A DNA stretch of 62,759 nucleotides, filler included, from Limisphaerales bacterium (GTDB lineage: Bacteria; Verrucomicrobiota; Verrucomicrobiia; Limisphaerales; SIBE01): assembly GCA_044225505.1 (NCBI GenBank). It is 5 parts of 5 records of this genome, joined end to end, with 100 filler letters (N's around TTAATTAATTAA, not from the genome) between each part and the next. Parts side by side here need not be neighbours in the genome. Positions count along the whole stretch, not along the records: positions 25,587 to 37,948 come from JBGAIN010000209.1; positions 38,049 to 50,324 come from JBGAIN010000210.1; 3 more parts are not named here. The stretch is one strand, 5' to 3'. Under the pieces are notes generated by a model. It did not search any database, was not told where the DNA came from, and saw nothing but the letters and a program-made list of their open reading frames with translations. Shown here one piece after another: positions 31,834 to 41,800 of the stretch (the stretch's first letter is position 1; each line of letters begins with the position of its first letter). Made by a program: the position numbers and the translations under genes.

Positions 31834-31850
31834 CTCAACCCGGTTCGCTT

Positions 31851-32545
31851 ATGTTACTGAACATCCCTGATATTCTCACCGCTGAGCAGGTCGTGCAGGC
31901 GCGCCGGCAGCTCGATACAGCCGATTGGGTCGATGGCAAAGTCACCGCGGGCTATCAGTCCGCGCAGGCAAAGGATAACATGCAGATCCCCGAGAACTCC
32001 CCTCTCGCGCAGAAGCTCGGCGAACTCATTCTGGGCGCATTAAGCCGGAACGGACCGTTCCTATCGGCGGCGCTGCCGCTGCGCGTCTTCCCTCCCCTCT
32101 TCAACCGGTATTCCGGTGGACAATCCTTCGGCACACACGTCGATAACGCCATTCGCCAAATCGGCGGCACGTCTCACCGAATCCGCACGGATCTGTCTGC
32201 GACGCTCTTTTTTGCGAACCCAGACGAATACGACGGTGGCGAGTTGTGCATCGAAGACACCTACGGCGTGCAGCGGGTCAAGTTACCCGCCGGACATATG
32301 GTTCTCTATCCGTCCACCAGCCTCCATCACGTGACGCCTGTAACCCGGGGCGCGCGCACGTGTTCGTTCTTCTGGATCCAAAGCATGGTTCGGGACGACG
32401 GGCGGCGCACCTTGCTGTTCGACTTGGACCTCGCGATCCAACGTCTCGGCCGGGATCTGCCTGGGAATTCTGTGTGGCCGGGCAAACGGCCGTTCAGCTC
32501 ACTGGGGTGTATCACAATTTGCTGCGGCAGTGGGCGGAGGTTTAG
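31851..32545 (+). CDS. piuC: Fe(II)/2-oxoglutarate dioxygenase PiuC/YbiX; frameshift near 32472
   Basis: [37 protein letters not shown]. The canonical end [15 protein letters not shown] lies in another frame. Confidence 0.9.
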
Positions 32546-32549
32546 TTTC

Positions 32550-33797
32550 ATGAGGCTGCGTCCCATTCTGTTTTGGAGTCACCTCGTCGCCGGCCTCGTG
32601 GCCGGGCTGGTCATCGCGGTGATGTCGTTCACCGGGGCGATGTTGGCGTTTGAAAAGGAGATCATCGCCTGGGCAGAGCGGGACGTCCGGCGTGTCGCTC
32701 CGTCCCCGGACGGTCGGAGGCTGGGCCTCGATGCCTTGTTGGCTCGGGTGAAGGAATCTCAACCCGGGGTCAATCCAGGCAGTGTGACCCTCCGGCGCGA
32801 TCCGACCGAAGCGTTGCTGGTGAGTATCAACCGAACGAACAACCTCTACGTCAATCCCTACACAAGCGAAATTCACCCGCAGGGCGCTCCTGCCACGCGG
32901 CAGTTAGTGCGGTTGATGATGGATTGGCATCGGTGGCTGGGCCAGGCGGACCAGCGGCGGCCGCTGGGGAAAGCCATTACCGGCGCGTCGAATGCCGCGT
33001 TTCTGGTTCTCGCCTTGACCGGGTTAGTCCTCTGGTGGCCGCGCAAGCTCAGCGCCGCAGCGTTCCGGAGTGTCACCCTCATGAACCTCAAGCTCCGGGG
33101 CAAGGCACGGGATTGGAACTGGCACAACGTGGTCGGCGTTTGGTGCGCGCCGGTGTTGATTGTGCTGACGATCACCGCGTTGCCGATGTCCTATCGCTGG
33201 GCGAATGACCTCGTTTATAAAATGACCGGGAACACGCCTCCCGCTCCCAACTCACCGCCCGGTGGAGCGAATCCAGCCGTCGAAGTGCCCAAACCTGCTC
33301 CAGGGTCCGACCGGATGTCATTGGCCAGGTTGGTCGAGGTGGCGCAGGAACAAATTCCTCAATGGCAGGAAATCACCATTCGTTTTGGGGGTGGAAACCC
33401 GCGAGAGGGTGGCGGTCGAAACGGAGGCGAGCAGAAGAATACGAGGCCGCATGGACCACAACCAGTGTCGATCGCAGTTAAGGAACGCAGTGCCTGGCCG
33501 CGCTTCGGCTCCACGCAACTATCGCTCGATCCCTATACGGGCTCGGTCCTGCGAGTGGAGCGATACAGCGACTGGAATCTGGGCCGTCGTATTCGCTCCT
33601 GGACACGCTTCCTGCATACCGGAGAAGCGCTCGGCTGGGCCGGGCAAGTCGTGGCTGGCTTGGCTTCGCTGGGCGGAGTCCTCCTCACTTACACCGGATT
33701 CGCGCTCGCTTGGCGCCGCCTCGTCTGGCGCTCCGCCAAGCCTGAGTGCTCCGCGAGCCCGGTGTTAACGGAGCCTGCGGTTCCGGCACGCGAATAA
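32550..33797 (+). CDS. PepSY-associated TM helix protein (PiuB-like)
   Basis: [38 protein letters not shown]. Confidence 0.92.
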   Translation: MRLRPILFWSHLVAGLVAGLVIAVMSFTGAMLAFEKEIIAWAERDVRRVAPSPDGRRLGLDALLARVKESQPGVNPGSVTLRRDPTEALLVSINRTNNLYVNPYTSEIHPQGAPATRQLVRLMMDWHRWLGQADQRRPLGKAITGASNAAFLVLALTGLVLWWPRKLSAAAFRSVTLMNLKLRGKARDWNWHNVVGVWCAPVLIVLTITALPMSYRWANDLVYKMTGNTPPAPNSPPGGANPAVEVPKPAPGSDRMSLARLVEVAQEQIPQWQEITIRFGGGNPREGGGRNGGEQKNTRPHGPQPVSIAVKERSAWPRFGSTQLSLDPYTGSVLRVERYSDWNLGRRIRSWTRFLHTGEALGWAGQVVAGLASLGGVLLTYTGFALAWRRLVWRSAKPECSASPVLTEPAVPARE

Positions 33798-33816
33798 CAG
33801 CCATCCAACGTCAGCC

Positions 33817-34575
33817 ATGCCGATCGCTTCCATGCCACTCGCCACGCTGAGCAAGCCGACTGCGATCGCGCGCGCCCACACCGCGGCGCCGATGATCGCG
33901 AAACCGATTGCCGTTTCGTGGTTCGACGTGGTCACCTTGGTCCTGTGGGTGGGGTGTCTGCTCATCGGGATCGTTGGATCCCTGTGGCGCTATCCTCTGC
34001 CAGCCGCCGTGAAGGCAGCGCCCGCCCCTACGCAAGCGGAAATCCTGAACGTCGCATTGACCACGGAACCGCTGCTTCCACCCGATGCGCCTCCGTCTTC
34101 GGACGCTTCCGCCCCTCCGCCGTTAGCAGAACCGACCGCGCTGCCTTCCGCTCCGCCGTTGGTTCTGGTGGCGGCGCCCAGTGCGGCGATTGCATTCGCC
34201 CGGCCGGTCGAGGGTCCGACCCAGATGGTTGACACCAAAATCGCGGTAGCTTCGCGCATTCAGCCGCACCCGAACGCGGTCGCTGCGGCGGCGCCTGCCC
34301 CGCCGGTGCACCAACTGACCTTCGGCCAAGGAGAAGGCAAACAACCGTCGCCAGAATACCCCGCGCGAGCAATGCGAGAGGGCCAGGAGGGGACGGTTCG
34401 TGTTCGGTTCAGCGTGAATTCCAGCGGTCGAGTGGCCTGGGCGGAGATTGCGGCGCCGTCACCCTGGGCCCTGTTGAACGAGGCAGCCGTGCGCGTGATT
34501 CGCGAGCGCTGGCGCTTCCAGGCGGGCGCGCTGCGATTGTATGAGGTTTCGATTCGTTTTGAGCTAAGCAAATGA
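33817..34575 (+). CDS. tonB: Energy transducer TonB
   Basis: TM helix, Pro-rich linker, [23 protein letters not shown]. Confidence 0.85.
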   Translation: MPIASMPLATLSKPTAIARAHTAAPMIAKPIAVSWFDVVTLVLWVGCLLIGIVGSLWRYPLPAAVKAAPAPTQAEILNVALTTEPLLPPDAPPSSDASAPPPLAEPTALPSAPPLVLVAAPSAAIAFARPVEGPTQMVDTKIAVASRIQPHPNAVAAAAPAPPVHQLTFGQGEGKQPSPEYPARAMREGQEGTVRVRFSVNSSGRVAWAEIAAPSPWALLNEAAVRVIRERWRFQAGALRLYEVSIRFELSK

Positions 34576-34582
34576 AAGGACT

Positions 34583-35320
34583 GTGATGACTCCCATGTTT
34601 GGAAATGTACTGTTAGACTTCTTCGTGCGCGGCGGGCCGCTCATGTGGCCCATCTTGATTTGTCTCTTTGCCGCCGCGGTCGTCGTCTCTGAGCGCGCGC
34701 ATTGGTGGTGGCAATTGAGTCGGCGCAGTTCAGCCGAAACCCTCGACCAGACCTTCACGGCCATCTCGGAGGGCCGTTACACCAAAGCAGCGGAATTGAG
34801 CGCAGATCCAGCCGATCCTTTCCTGGCCACGGTGCACGACGGACTCACGCACGCTCACAGTTCTTTGCTCGGAGCGATGCAGTTGAAGGCCGTGGATGAG
34901 ATCGAGCACGCGGAGAAGCGGCTCTGGATTCTGAGCACCTTCATCACCCTGGCACCGTTGCTGGGGCTCCTGGGAACGGTGACCGGCATCATGCGTTCGT
35001 TCAATTTCGTGGGAGATGAGCAGTTGGCCGCGACCAAGGTGAGCGGGGGCATCGCGGAGGCGCTCATTGCCACGGCGTGCGGCTTGGGGATCGCCATCGT
35101 CTGTCTGCTGCCGTACAACTATTTCAATCGCCGTCTTAGCGCCTTCCGATCACGCCTCGAGCGCACGATCAATCACGTGGAATTGCTCGTCGAATCTTCC
35201 AAACATCATGGCCATGACCTGGAAAGTTTTGCCCGCGCGAAGGCCCTAAACACCCGCGTCAACGTTCCCGGACGTGCGGCGGAATCATTCACCCTCGAAC
35301 GCTCGCCGTCATGCCCGTAA
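34583..35320 (+). CDS. exbB: MotA/TolQ/ExbB proton channel
   Basis: [32 protein letters not shown]. Confidence 0.93.
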   Translation: MMTPMFGNVLLDFFVRGGPLMWPILICLFAAAVVVSERAHWWWQLSRRSSAETLDQTFTAISEGRYTKAAELSADPADPFLATVHDGLTHAHSSLLGAMQLKAVDEIEHAEKRLWILSTFITLAPLLGLLGTVTGIMRSFNFVGDEQLAATKVSGGIAEALIATACGLGIAIVCLLPYNYFNRRLSAFRSRLERTINHVELLVESSKHHGHDLESFARAKALNTRVNVPGRAAESFTLERSPSCP

Positions 35321-35763
35321 AACTTGGCTCCAAGCTGCCGGCCGAGCAGGAAGCTCGCATTGAGATCATTCCACTGATCGACATCATGTTCTTTCTCCTG
35401 GCGGCGTTTATGCTGGTCAGCCTTAGCATGGTGAACTTGAGGAGTGTCAAGGTGAACTTGCCTACCGCCACGACCGCGACGTCCGACACCAAGAAGGACT
35501 TTCTGAATCTCTCGGTCAACAAAGCCGGTCTGATTTTTCTCGACGGAAAACCTGCTGGCAACCACGAGTTGGTGGTGAGCCTCGCGGCGCTGCATACGAC
35601 CAACTCCTCGGTGCGAGTCATGATCAGCGGCGACCAGGACGCCCGGCATGGCGACGTCGTCCGCGCGCTCGATCTGGTCCGATCCGCCGGGATCGATCGC
35701 GTGGCGTTCGAGATCCATTCCGCTCTCGATGACAGCGACGGGACGTCTGCTTCCCGGAAGTAG
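35311..35763 (+). CDS. exbD: ExbD/TolR
   Basis: [30 protein letters not shown]. Confidence 0.93.
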   Translation: MPVKLGSKLPAEQEARIEIIPLIDIMFFLLAAFMLVSLSMVNLRSVKVNLPTATTATSDTKKDFLNLSVNKAGLIFLDGKPAGNHELVVSLAALHTTNSSVRVMISGDQDARHGDVVRALDLVRSAGIDRVAFEIHSALDDSDGTSASRK

Positions 35764-35772
35764 CTCTGACCT

Positions 35773-36315
35773 GTGAACCGAACCCTCTCATACGTGAACG
35801 GCGCCGGCGTTCTCGCTCTGGCGATTTTGTGTGTTTGGCAGTGGCGAGCCAATCGTAACGCAGCGATCGAAGTGCACCGCTTGACCCGTGTCGAACAGCA
35901 ACAAGCGGCCAAACTGGACGAACAGCAGAAATCGGCCGAAGCCTGCGCCGCGGACCTGAATCAGTTCCGAGATCAGGTTGCTCGTGCTCATTCCAACATA
36001 GTTGAGGTTGAAACCCGCCTCAGGACCGCCGAGCACGAACTCGCTCAGGCAATAAACGAACGCGATCAGCTCAAGGGTAGCATGAGCCATTGGACCCAGG
36101 CGGTGGCGAGCCGGGATGCGCGGTTGAAAGAAGTGGGCGAACAATTGCAAGAGCTCGCAACGGAGCGGAACAAAGTCGTACAGCAATTCAACGAGGTGGC
36201 CGGCAAGTATAACGGCGTCGTCAACGAACTTTCGGCTCGGACCAAGGAGTATAATGACCTGGTCGAAAAGTATAATGCGACCGTACCGCGCGCCCAAAGC
36301 ACCGCCTCCAAATGA
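35773..36315 (+). CDS. Single-TM long coiled-coil hypothetical protein
   Basis: N-terminal TM followed by ~150 aa heptad-rich helix; starts 9 nt after exbD. Confidence 0.75.
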   Translation: MNRTLSYVNGAGVLALAILCVWQWRANRNAAIEVHRLTRVEQQQAAKLDEQQKSAEACAADLNQFRDQVARAHSNIVEVETRLRTAEHELAQAINERDQLKGSMSHWTQAVASRDARLKEVGEQLQELATERNKVVQQFNEVAGKYNGVVNELSARTKEYNDLVEKYNATVPRAQSTASK

Positions 36316-37409
36316 GCGGGAAACTACCGCCAGTTGATTGGACGCATGCTCACGACGCGAACGCGTCCGCCAATGACTGGACGCAACGCGGCATTTCCTT
36401 TCTGAACGAGAATACTCCCGACAAGCTCGCCGCAGCTCTCGACTGCTTCGATCGCGCCATTGAGCTCCGACGCTCCCTGCCGCTGCAAGTGGATCCTTGG
36501 TGGCGCTTCGGCCTCGTCGCGGGATGGTTGAATCGTGCCGATGCTTTAACCCGGCTTGGCCGCCCAGCTGACCTGGAAGCGGCCCTTGACGCTCAAACCC
36601 AGGCGCTCGCGCAGCTCGAGGCGCTTCCCAATCGAGAGCATCCCGCCTTCGAGAGACGCCGCGCCGTCGCGTGGGCCAGTCGGGGGGTGACCTTGCAAAA
36701 ACGCGACGCCCCCGGCGATCGCGACGCCGCGATCGAGGCGTTCCAACGCGCCACTGGCGGGCTGCAAAACGGTGTCTGGGGTGTGGCGGGCCGAGAATCG
36801 TTCCTTGCAGGAGTGCAGATCAACCTTGCTCGCGCCTTTCTCACCGCCACGCCAACGGAATACAGTCTGGCCTTGGCGGCTGCGCAGAGGGCACGTGGTT
36901 TCATCGCCCCACGGGAAGCGGACGATCTCGAAGCTGCCGAGCTGGGCTTAACCGCGCATTTCCTCCTGTGCCAGTGCGTGGGAGGTCTTTTGGCCAGCCC
37001 GGCCGTCTCAAGCCAACGGGACGACTGGATCGCCCAGGCCACGGATGCCGTGGAGCACGGTCTGCAACTGGCCCGCCAGTGGGATGGCAAAAGCAATTCC
37101 GTCTGCCGCCGGCTGGCGGATGACCTGTTTTTATTTGGCGCACGTTTGTATCAAACTCTTCAGCCCCAGTTCCTCGGCGAATACCTCCTGGAGCACCTTC
37201 ATCCGACGTCAGAGCCAGCATCGCTGGCCTGCCGCTGTGCAGTCGCACGCGAGGCTCTTTGGCGCGCGTTTCATCCGATTCTGCATCTCGCCTTTGCGAG
37301 CGTCCATAGGCCTGGCTTTGTCCGAGCCCTGGACCAGCTAGGCGAGCTCAGCGCGGTCGAAGCACAACTTGACCGATGGGTCGCCCGACGCCTGGACGCC
37401 ACTGGATAA
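36312..37409 (+). CDS. TPR-like helical repeat hypothetical protein
   Basis: Repeats such as WTQRG..AALDCFDRAIELR, WLNRADAL, WASRGVTL; ATGA overlap with the previous gene. Confidence 0.7.
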   Translation: MSGKLPPVDWTHAHDANASANDWTQRGISFLNENTPDKLAAALDCFDRAIELRRSLPLQVDPWWRFGLVAGWLNRADALTRLGRPADLEAALDAQTQALAQLEALPNREHPAFERRRAVAWASRGVTLQKRDAPGDRDAAIEAFQRATGGLQNGVWGVAGRESFLAGVQINLARAFLTATPTEYSLALAAAQRARGFIAPREADDLEAAELGLTAHFLLCQCVGGLLASPAVSSQRDDWIAQATDAVEHGLQLARQWDGKSNSVCRRLADDLFLFGARLYQTLQPQFLGEYLLEHLHPTSEPASLACRCAVAREALWRAFHPILHLAFASVHRPGFVRALDQLGELSAVEAQLDRWVARRLDATG

Positions 37410-37515
37410 CACCAGGATCAGTGCTTCATCGAGACAAAGTCGTTCGCTCCCCTTCGGAAATCAGCAAGGACGCGGTCCGAAATGCAGTCATTGCTGAAAG
37501 CCGTGGGAACGGTTG

Positions 37516-37823
37516 ATCGAACGACTTGTCGCACATGCCTGGAGCAAATTGCTCCTGGATTCGGTGTCGCCAACCACCAGCCATTCTCACGACATCCGCG
37601 GACCGCGGCTGCGTCACAGAAAGTCCCAATAGACTAATGGCTTACGAAAATCGAAACCTGCGACTGGTCCTGCGGACACAGTCGCGCTCCGTAAGATGAG
37701 GATTCCTGAGCCACCACGACGCGCGTTGGGGCAAAGCCGAAAACCTTCATGGGCCGGCCGTGCTGAATCGTGACGGTCCGCGCTGGGGGATACTCAGCGG
37801 ACGAAGGTGGTGGGAAGAATACG
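37516..37823 (+). repeat. ~310-bp dispersed element, copy 2
   Basis: Direct copy of 26033-26341. Confidence 0.92.
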
Positions 37824-37948
37824 GATCACGATTACGATTACGATTACGATTACGATTACGATCACGATTACGATCACGATTACGATCACGATTACGATCA
37901 CGATTACGATCACGATTACGATTACGATTACGATTACGATTACGATTA
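37824..37948. repeat. (GATYAC)20+ microsatellite running into the contig end
   Basis: GATTAC and GATCAC units. Confidence 0.98.
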
Positions 37949-38048
37949 NNNNNNNNNNNNNNNNNNNNNNNNNNNNNNNNNNNNNNNNNNNNTTAATTAA
38001 TTAANNNNNNNNNNNNNNNNNNNNNNNNNNNNNNNNNNNNNNNNNNNN
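37949..38048. other. Artificial contig spacer
   Basis: N44-TTAATTAATTAA-N44. Confidence 0.99.
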
Positions 38049-38311
38049 CCCAGGGCGGTAATTTGATAATAAATGCGTCGTTCGTCATCGAGACCGGGAT
38101 CGATTTTCTTATCCGTCTCCTGAATGAGGCCGGCGTCGAGCATGCGTCCAATAGAGCCGTAAAGAGTGCCAGGGCCCATTTTGACTTTGCCGTGGGAATC
38201 GGACTCGACTTGCTTCATAATCGCGTAGCCGTGACGTTCCTCAGTCGAGAGCGCAAGGAGGATATGGAGGACGGCGGGAGTCAGCGGTGTATCTGGCGAA
38301 ATTCTGGCCAT
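38049..38311 (-). CDS. PadR family regulator (3' truncated)
   Basis: ILLAL..RHGYAIMK..GPGTLYGSI..RRIYYQIT. Confidence 0.93.
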
Positions 38312-38317
38312 AGGGAG

Positions 38318-38346
38318 AGTCTATATCCGCCACGGATATATGTCAA
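38318..38346 (-). promoter_or_regulatory. Sigma70 promoter with overlapping palindromic operator
   Basis: TTGACA-N17-TAGACT ending 6 nt before the ATG; TATATCCG-N3-CGGATATA at 38322-38340. Confidence 0.8.
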
Positions 38347-38599
38347 GGCGCTCTGGAAATGCTGCGAAATCGATTGAGTGCATCTCGACAGTACCACCCT
38401 TTGTTGGCGCGCGGGCTTGAGTCCGCCGGACCGTCCGATGCGGCCAGCAGCGCTCGAATCCTTCGCGATCGCGGTCGTGCCTGCGGACATTCCTGCGGGA
38501 TAAATCCCGCGATCCTGGTGGTGCTGTCAAGATACGCCCAAATCGATTCGTGGGTCGCTTACGACGTTGAAGAAATAACTTGGTATCGTTAGAATTCGC

Positions 38600-38749
38600 T
38601 GAGCTTCAGCCCCCTTCGGAACTTTGAACTCGTCGTGCGGATTGCCGGCATTGGAAGTGGCAGGCCAATGTCACTACGTCCCTTCCGGGACGCTAAACGC
38701 CTGTCCCAGAACCGAGGGAAAGGCCTCTACCCCACTGAAAACAGCGAAG
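38600..38749. repeat. REP-like dispersed repeat, family 2, copy 2
   Basis: Homologous to 24360-24512. Confidence 0.7.
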
Positions 38750-38837
38750 CGCCCACTCATTCTTTTAGTCCAGAATCCATTGCTCGGGTCCGCCCGGGCA
38801 CCCGGACCCCAACCGCACAGCAGACAAATTGATGGGC

Positions 38838-41800
38838 TCAGCGAACGGGAGTAGGGCCGGCCGCACGAATACGGAAGAAGAGCGGAGTTTCCAGCGCTTC
38901 AATGCGTTGGCTATAGCCATAGGTAGCGGGTGCGAGCTCGAACCACTCGCCCGCTTCCAGGTTGCTGCTGGCTTCGATGACAAAAGGCGCATTGCCATTG
39001 GCCCATCGTATTTCAGCGGTGCCATCCTCGAGCGACACCCCGAGCAGGACCGGGCTGGCCCCGGGAAATCCCACTTCTCCGACCTGGACATGCGGTGCTT
39101 GAAAGGCATAGAGGCCGATCGGTCCGGTCACGTCAGAGAGTTGGGGTAGTGACCAGTTAGCGAGGATCGTGGCGCCGTCGGCGATCAGTAGTTCGGTGCG
39201 ATCCGGGGCCAGGCGCAACGTTAGGTCGTAGGTCTTGCCACTCACCCACGGCTGACTGTTGGTCGCCAGGAGACTGACACGGCTGGAATCTGGAGAAGAC
39301 CAAAAGTCCACGGCCGTGGGCAGTCCTCCCGAGGGCATATGAAACGACCGCAGTCGCATCCCGGCAGGGGCAAAACCGAGGGCAGGATGATTCGTCGGGG
39401 AGGCATTCCAATCGAAGAGAAGAAAGTTCCCATCATCTCTATAGCCAAAAACAAAGCCCAGAAAGCCGGACGTGCCGTCCGAGCCGATGCGGGCGTTGAC
39501 GACTTGATTCGCGGCCGAGAACGGTGAGATGAGGAAAGCGGGATCGGTCGCGTTTGTCAAAGTCGCGACGCGGGAGGCTATGTCCAAATGCCAAACCGCA
39601 TTGGAAAACGTTCCCGTTTGGTAGGAGAGGGCGTTCCAAGAACTCAAGTCATGGCTCCCGGCCGCCACAAATTCACGAAGGCTGGCGCGTTGCCGCAGGT
39701 ACTCTTCAATCGCGAACCTCTCTGCAGAACTCAGCGCCCGGTCATAGACGATCCATTCGGCGAGGTCACCGTCGAATGAGCCGAGCCCAGGAGCCCGGCC
39801 GAGCACGACGTTGGTGGCGATCGCCGAGTAAGCGCGGCCGACGGTGGTGCGGGTGTCGAGAACCATTTGGGAGTTCACCGAGAGGAGATGCTGGTCAGGA
39901 CTGGCTTCGCCATAGACCTGAGAGAAAACGCGGAAATCGGTGCCCGCAATGGTATTGTCCGCGAGACGGTCGGCCGCTCCGTCGAAATGGAAAGCGCCGT
40001 CGCTGTTCCGACGGCCGAGGGACATGGTCAATCCCGAAAAATTACGGGTCCCAAAGGAATAAATGTATTTGGTGCCGCCGCTCGCGTTGAGGAATCGGCC
40101 CAGAGTGAAGATCGTAGCATTGGTCAAGGTGCGCCCGAGGTTGCCGCGGATTTCTGGGTTGGCCGAACCGCTGAAGCGGACCGCTGGCACACCGGACGTC
40201 GAATTAGCCACGAAGGTTGGACGTGTCGCGACCGTGGGCGGCTTGAAAGTGAAATTATGGCCGGATTGATCCGTCCAGGAGAGCACGTTGGTTCCGTTGG
40301 TCACGGACAAACCTGCGTCCGCACGGAGCCAGACGAACGGACCTGGAACCGGCAGGGTCACTGCTCGGTGTTCGGCCACCGTCACTTCGCCGGTGGCCAC
40401 TAAGCCACGCCAGGCCGCGGAGATGACCGTTGTGCCAGCCGAGACGCCCCGCCAAAGGAGCGGATCCTCCACACTGACGATGAGCGGCGCCTGGGACGTG
40501 GCCGTCAGCTCGCCAGGCTCGGCATAGCGTTGCAGACGCAGTCCGTTTTGATAGCGGACAAACAGCTGGATGGGAATCCGAGCCCCCGCTGGGATGGCCA
40601 GTCCTTGCGGCAGGACACGCAGATCCGCAGGGAGGCTGGACGGTTCAAAGGAAGCGGCTCGACGCGGTTTAGAGTAGACCGTTTCGCCGTTCGCGGCCAC
40701 GTAGAGCGCGTAGACGACGACATCACCGATGGCCTGGTCACTGACTCGTAACGAAGCGCGGGTTGCGTCGTTGGGATCGGGAGTCAAAGTTAGTCCGTTG
40801 GCGGAGGCGCCCTCTTCGCCGAAGATTTCCGCCATCCAGGACACTTGCGAGTTGACCGGTGGCCGATTGGCGGACGGGGTGAGTTTTAAATTGATAACTC
40901 GAGGACTAGCGCTGATACCGGTGCTCTGCAGTCCGGCGGTCGCGCCGCTCGAAGTATCAATAACCGCGAGATCCTCCTCGGGTTTTCCTGCGGCCTCATC
41001 GATCGCGTCGCGAATATGCGGGGGCAAGCGCCGGGGAGGATGAATGGGCGCGAACTTTCTATGTTGATCCGGAACGCCGGCCCCATCCAGCGCGCCGATA
41101 GCGTGCTGGGCGACAACCGTGGAAGTCACTTGGCTGCCGTCATGCCCGCCGAAAATGTCATCGATTCCAGCGAGCGGGTTGGCCACGTGTGAAATGTTCA
41201 GTGCGCTTGGAACGGTATAGACATTGGACGTATCGACACCCGGGGAGTCGGCTCCCATGGAGTCGTAGTCGATCACCCCATCCGAGCCAAGCGGAATGAC
41301 CGTTTCGCCCACCGTTCGCAGACCGAGCGCCGTCTCAGCAAACGTGGCGTGAGTCAAGGAAGGCGCCAGGCCATCATTAACGGTCGTCCGGACGAGATGG
41401 AAACGGGTATCAGGATCTGGAAACCAGGGCGCCGACGGCAGCGGTTTGTTCAGATTCTCGATTTCCGAGCCCCACGGATCGAATTTATCTCCGGCCAGCC
41501 ATCCTCTCACCATGCGCTCCGGCAGAACCGAGGCCAAAAAACCGTCGCCTTTGAGCAAGGTTGAGATATAGCGCAGGAGGCGCGAACCATTGTGAGGCGA
41601 GCCGATGGTAACGACCCGGTGGAAGCGGCCACGGAAGAAATTATCTCCGTTTCGAAACGGATCAACGATGCCATTGCCATTGAGCGAGCATAACATTCGA
41701 GCTAGTAATCCGCCCTGGCCGTGCCCGATGACATCATAGCGGGTGAAGGCCCAGAACTGTTTCAGGGGCTCGATTTCGTTACGAATTGCCACCCAAACCG

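Noticed and set aside
31428..31850. N-terminal extension of the 789-aa ORF
   Set aside because: It overlaps the receptor gene out of frame; the real piuC start is 31851.
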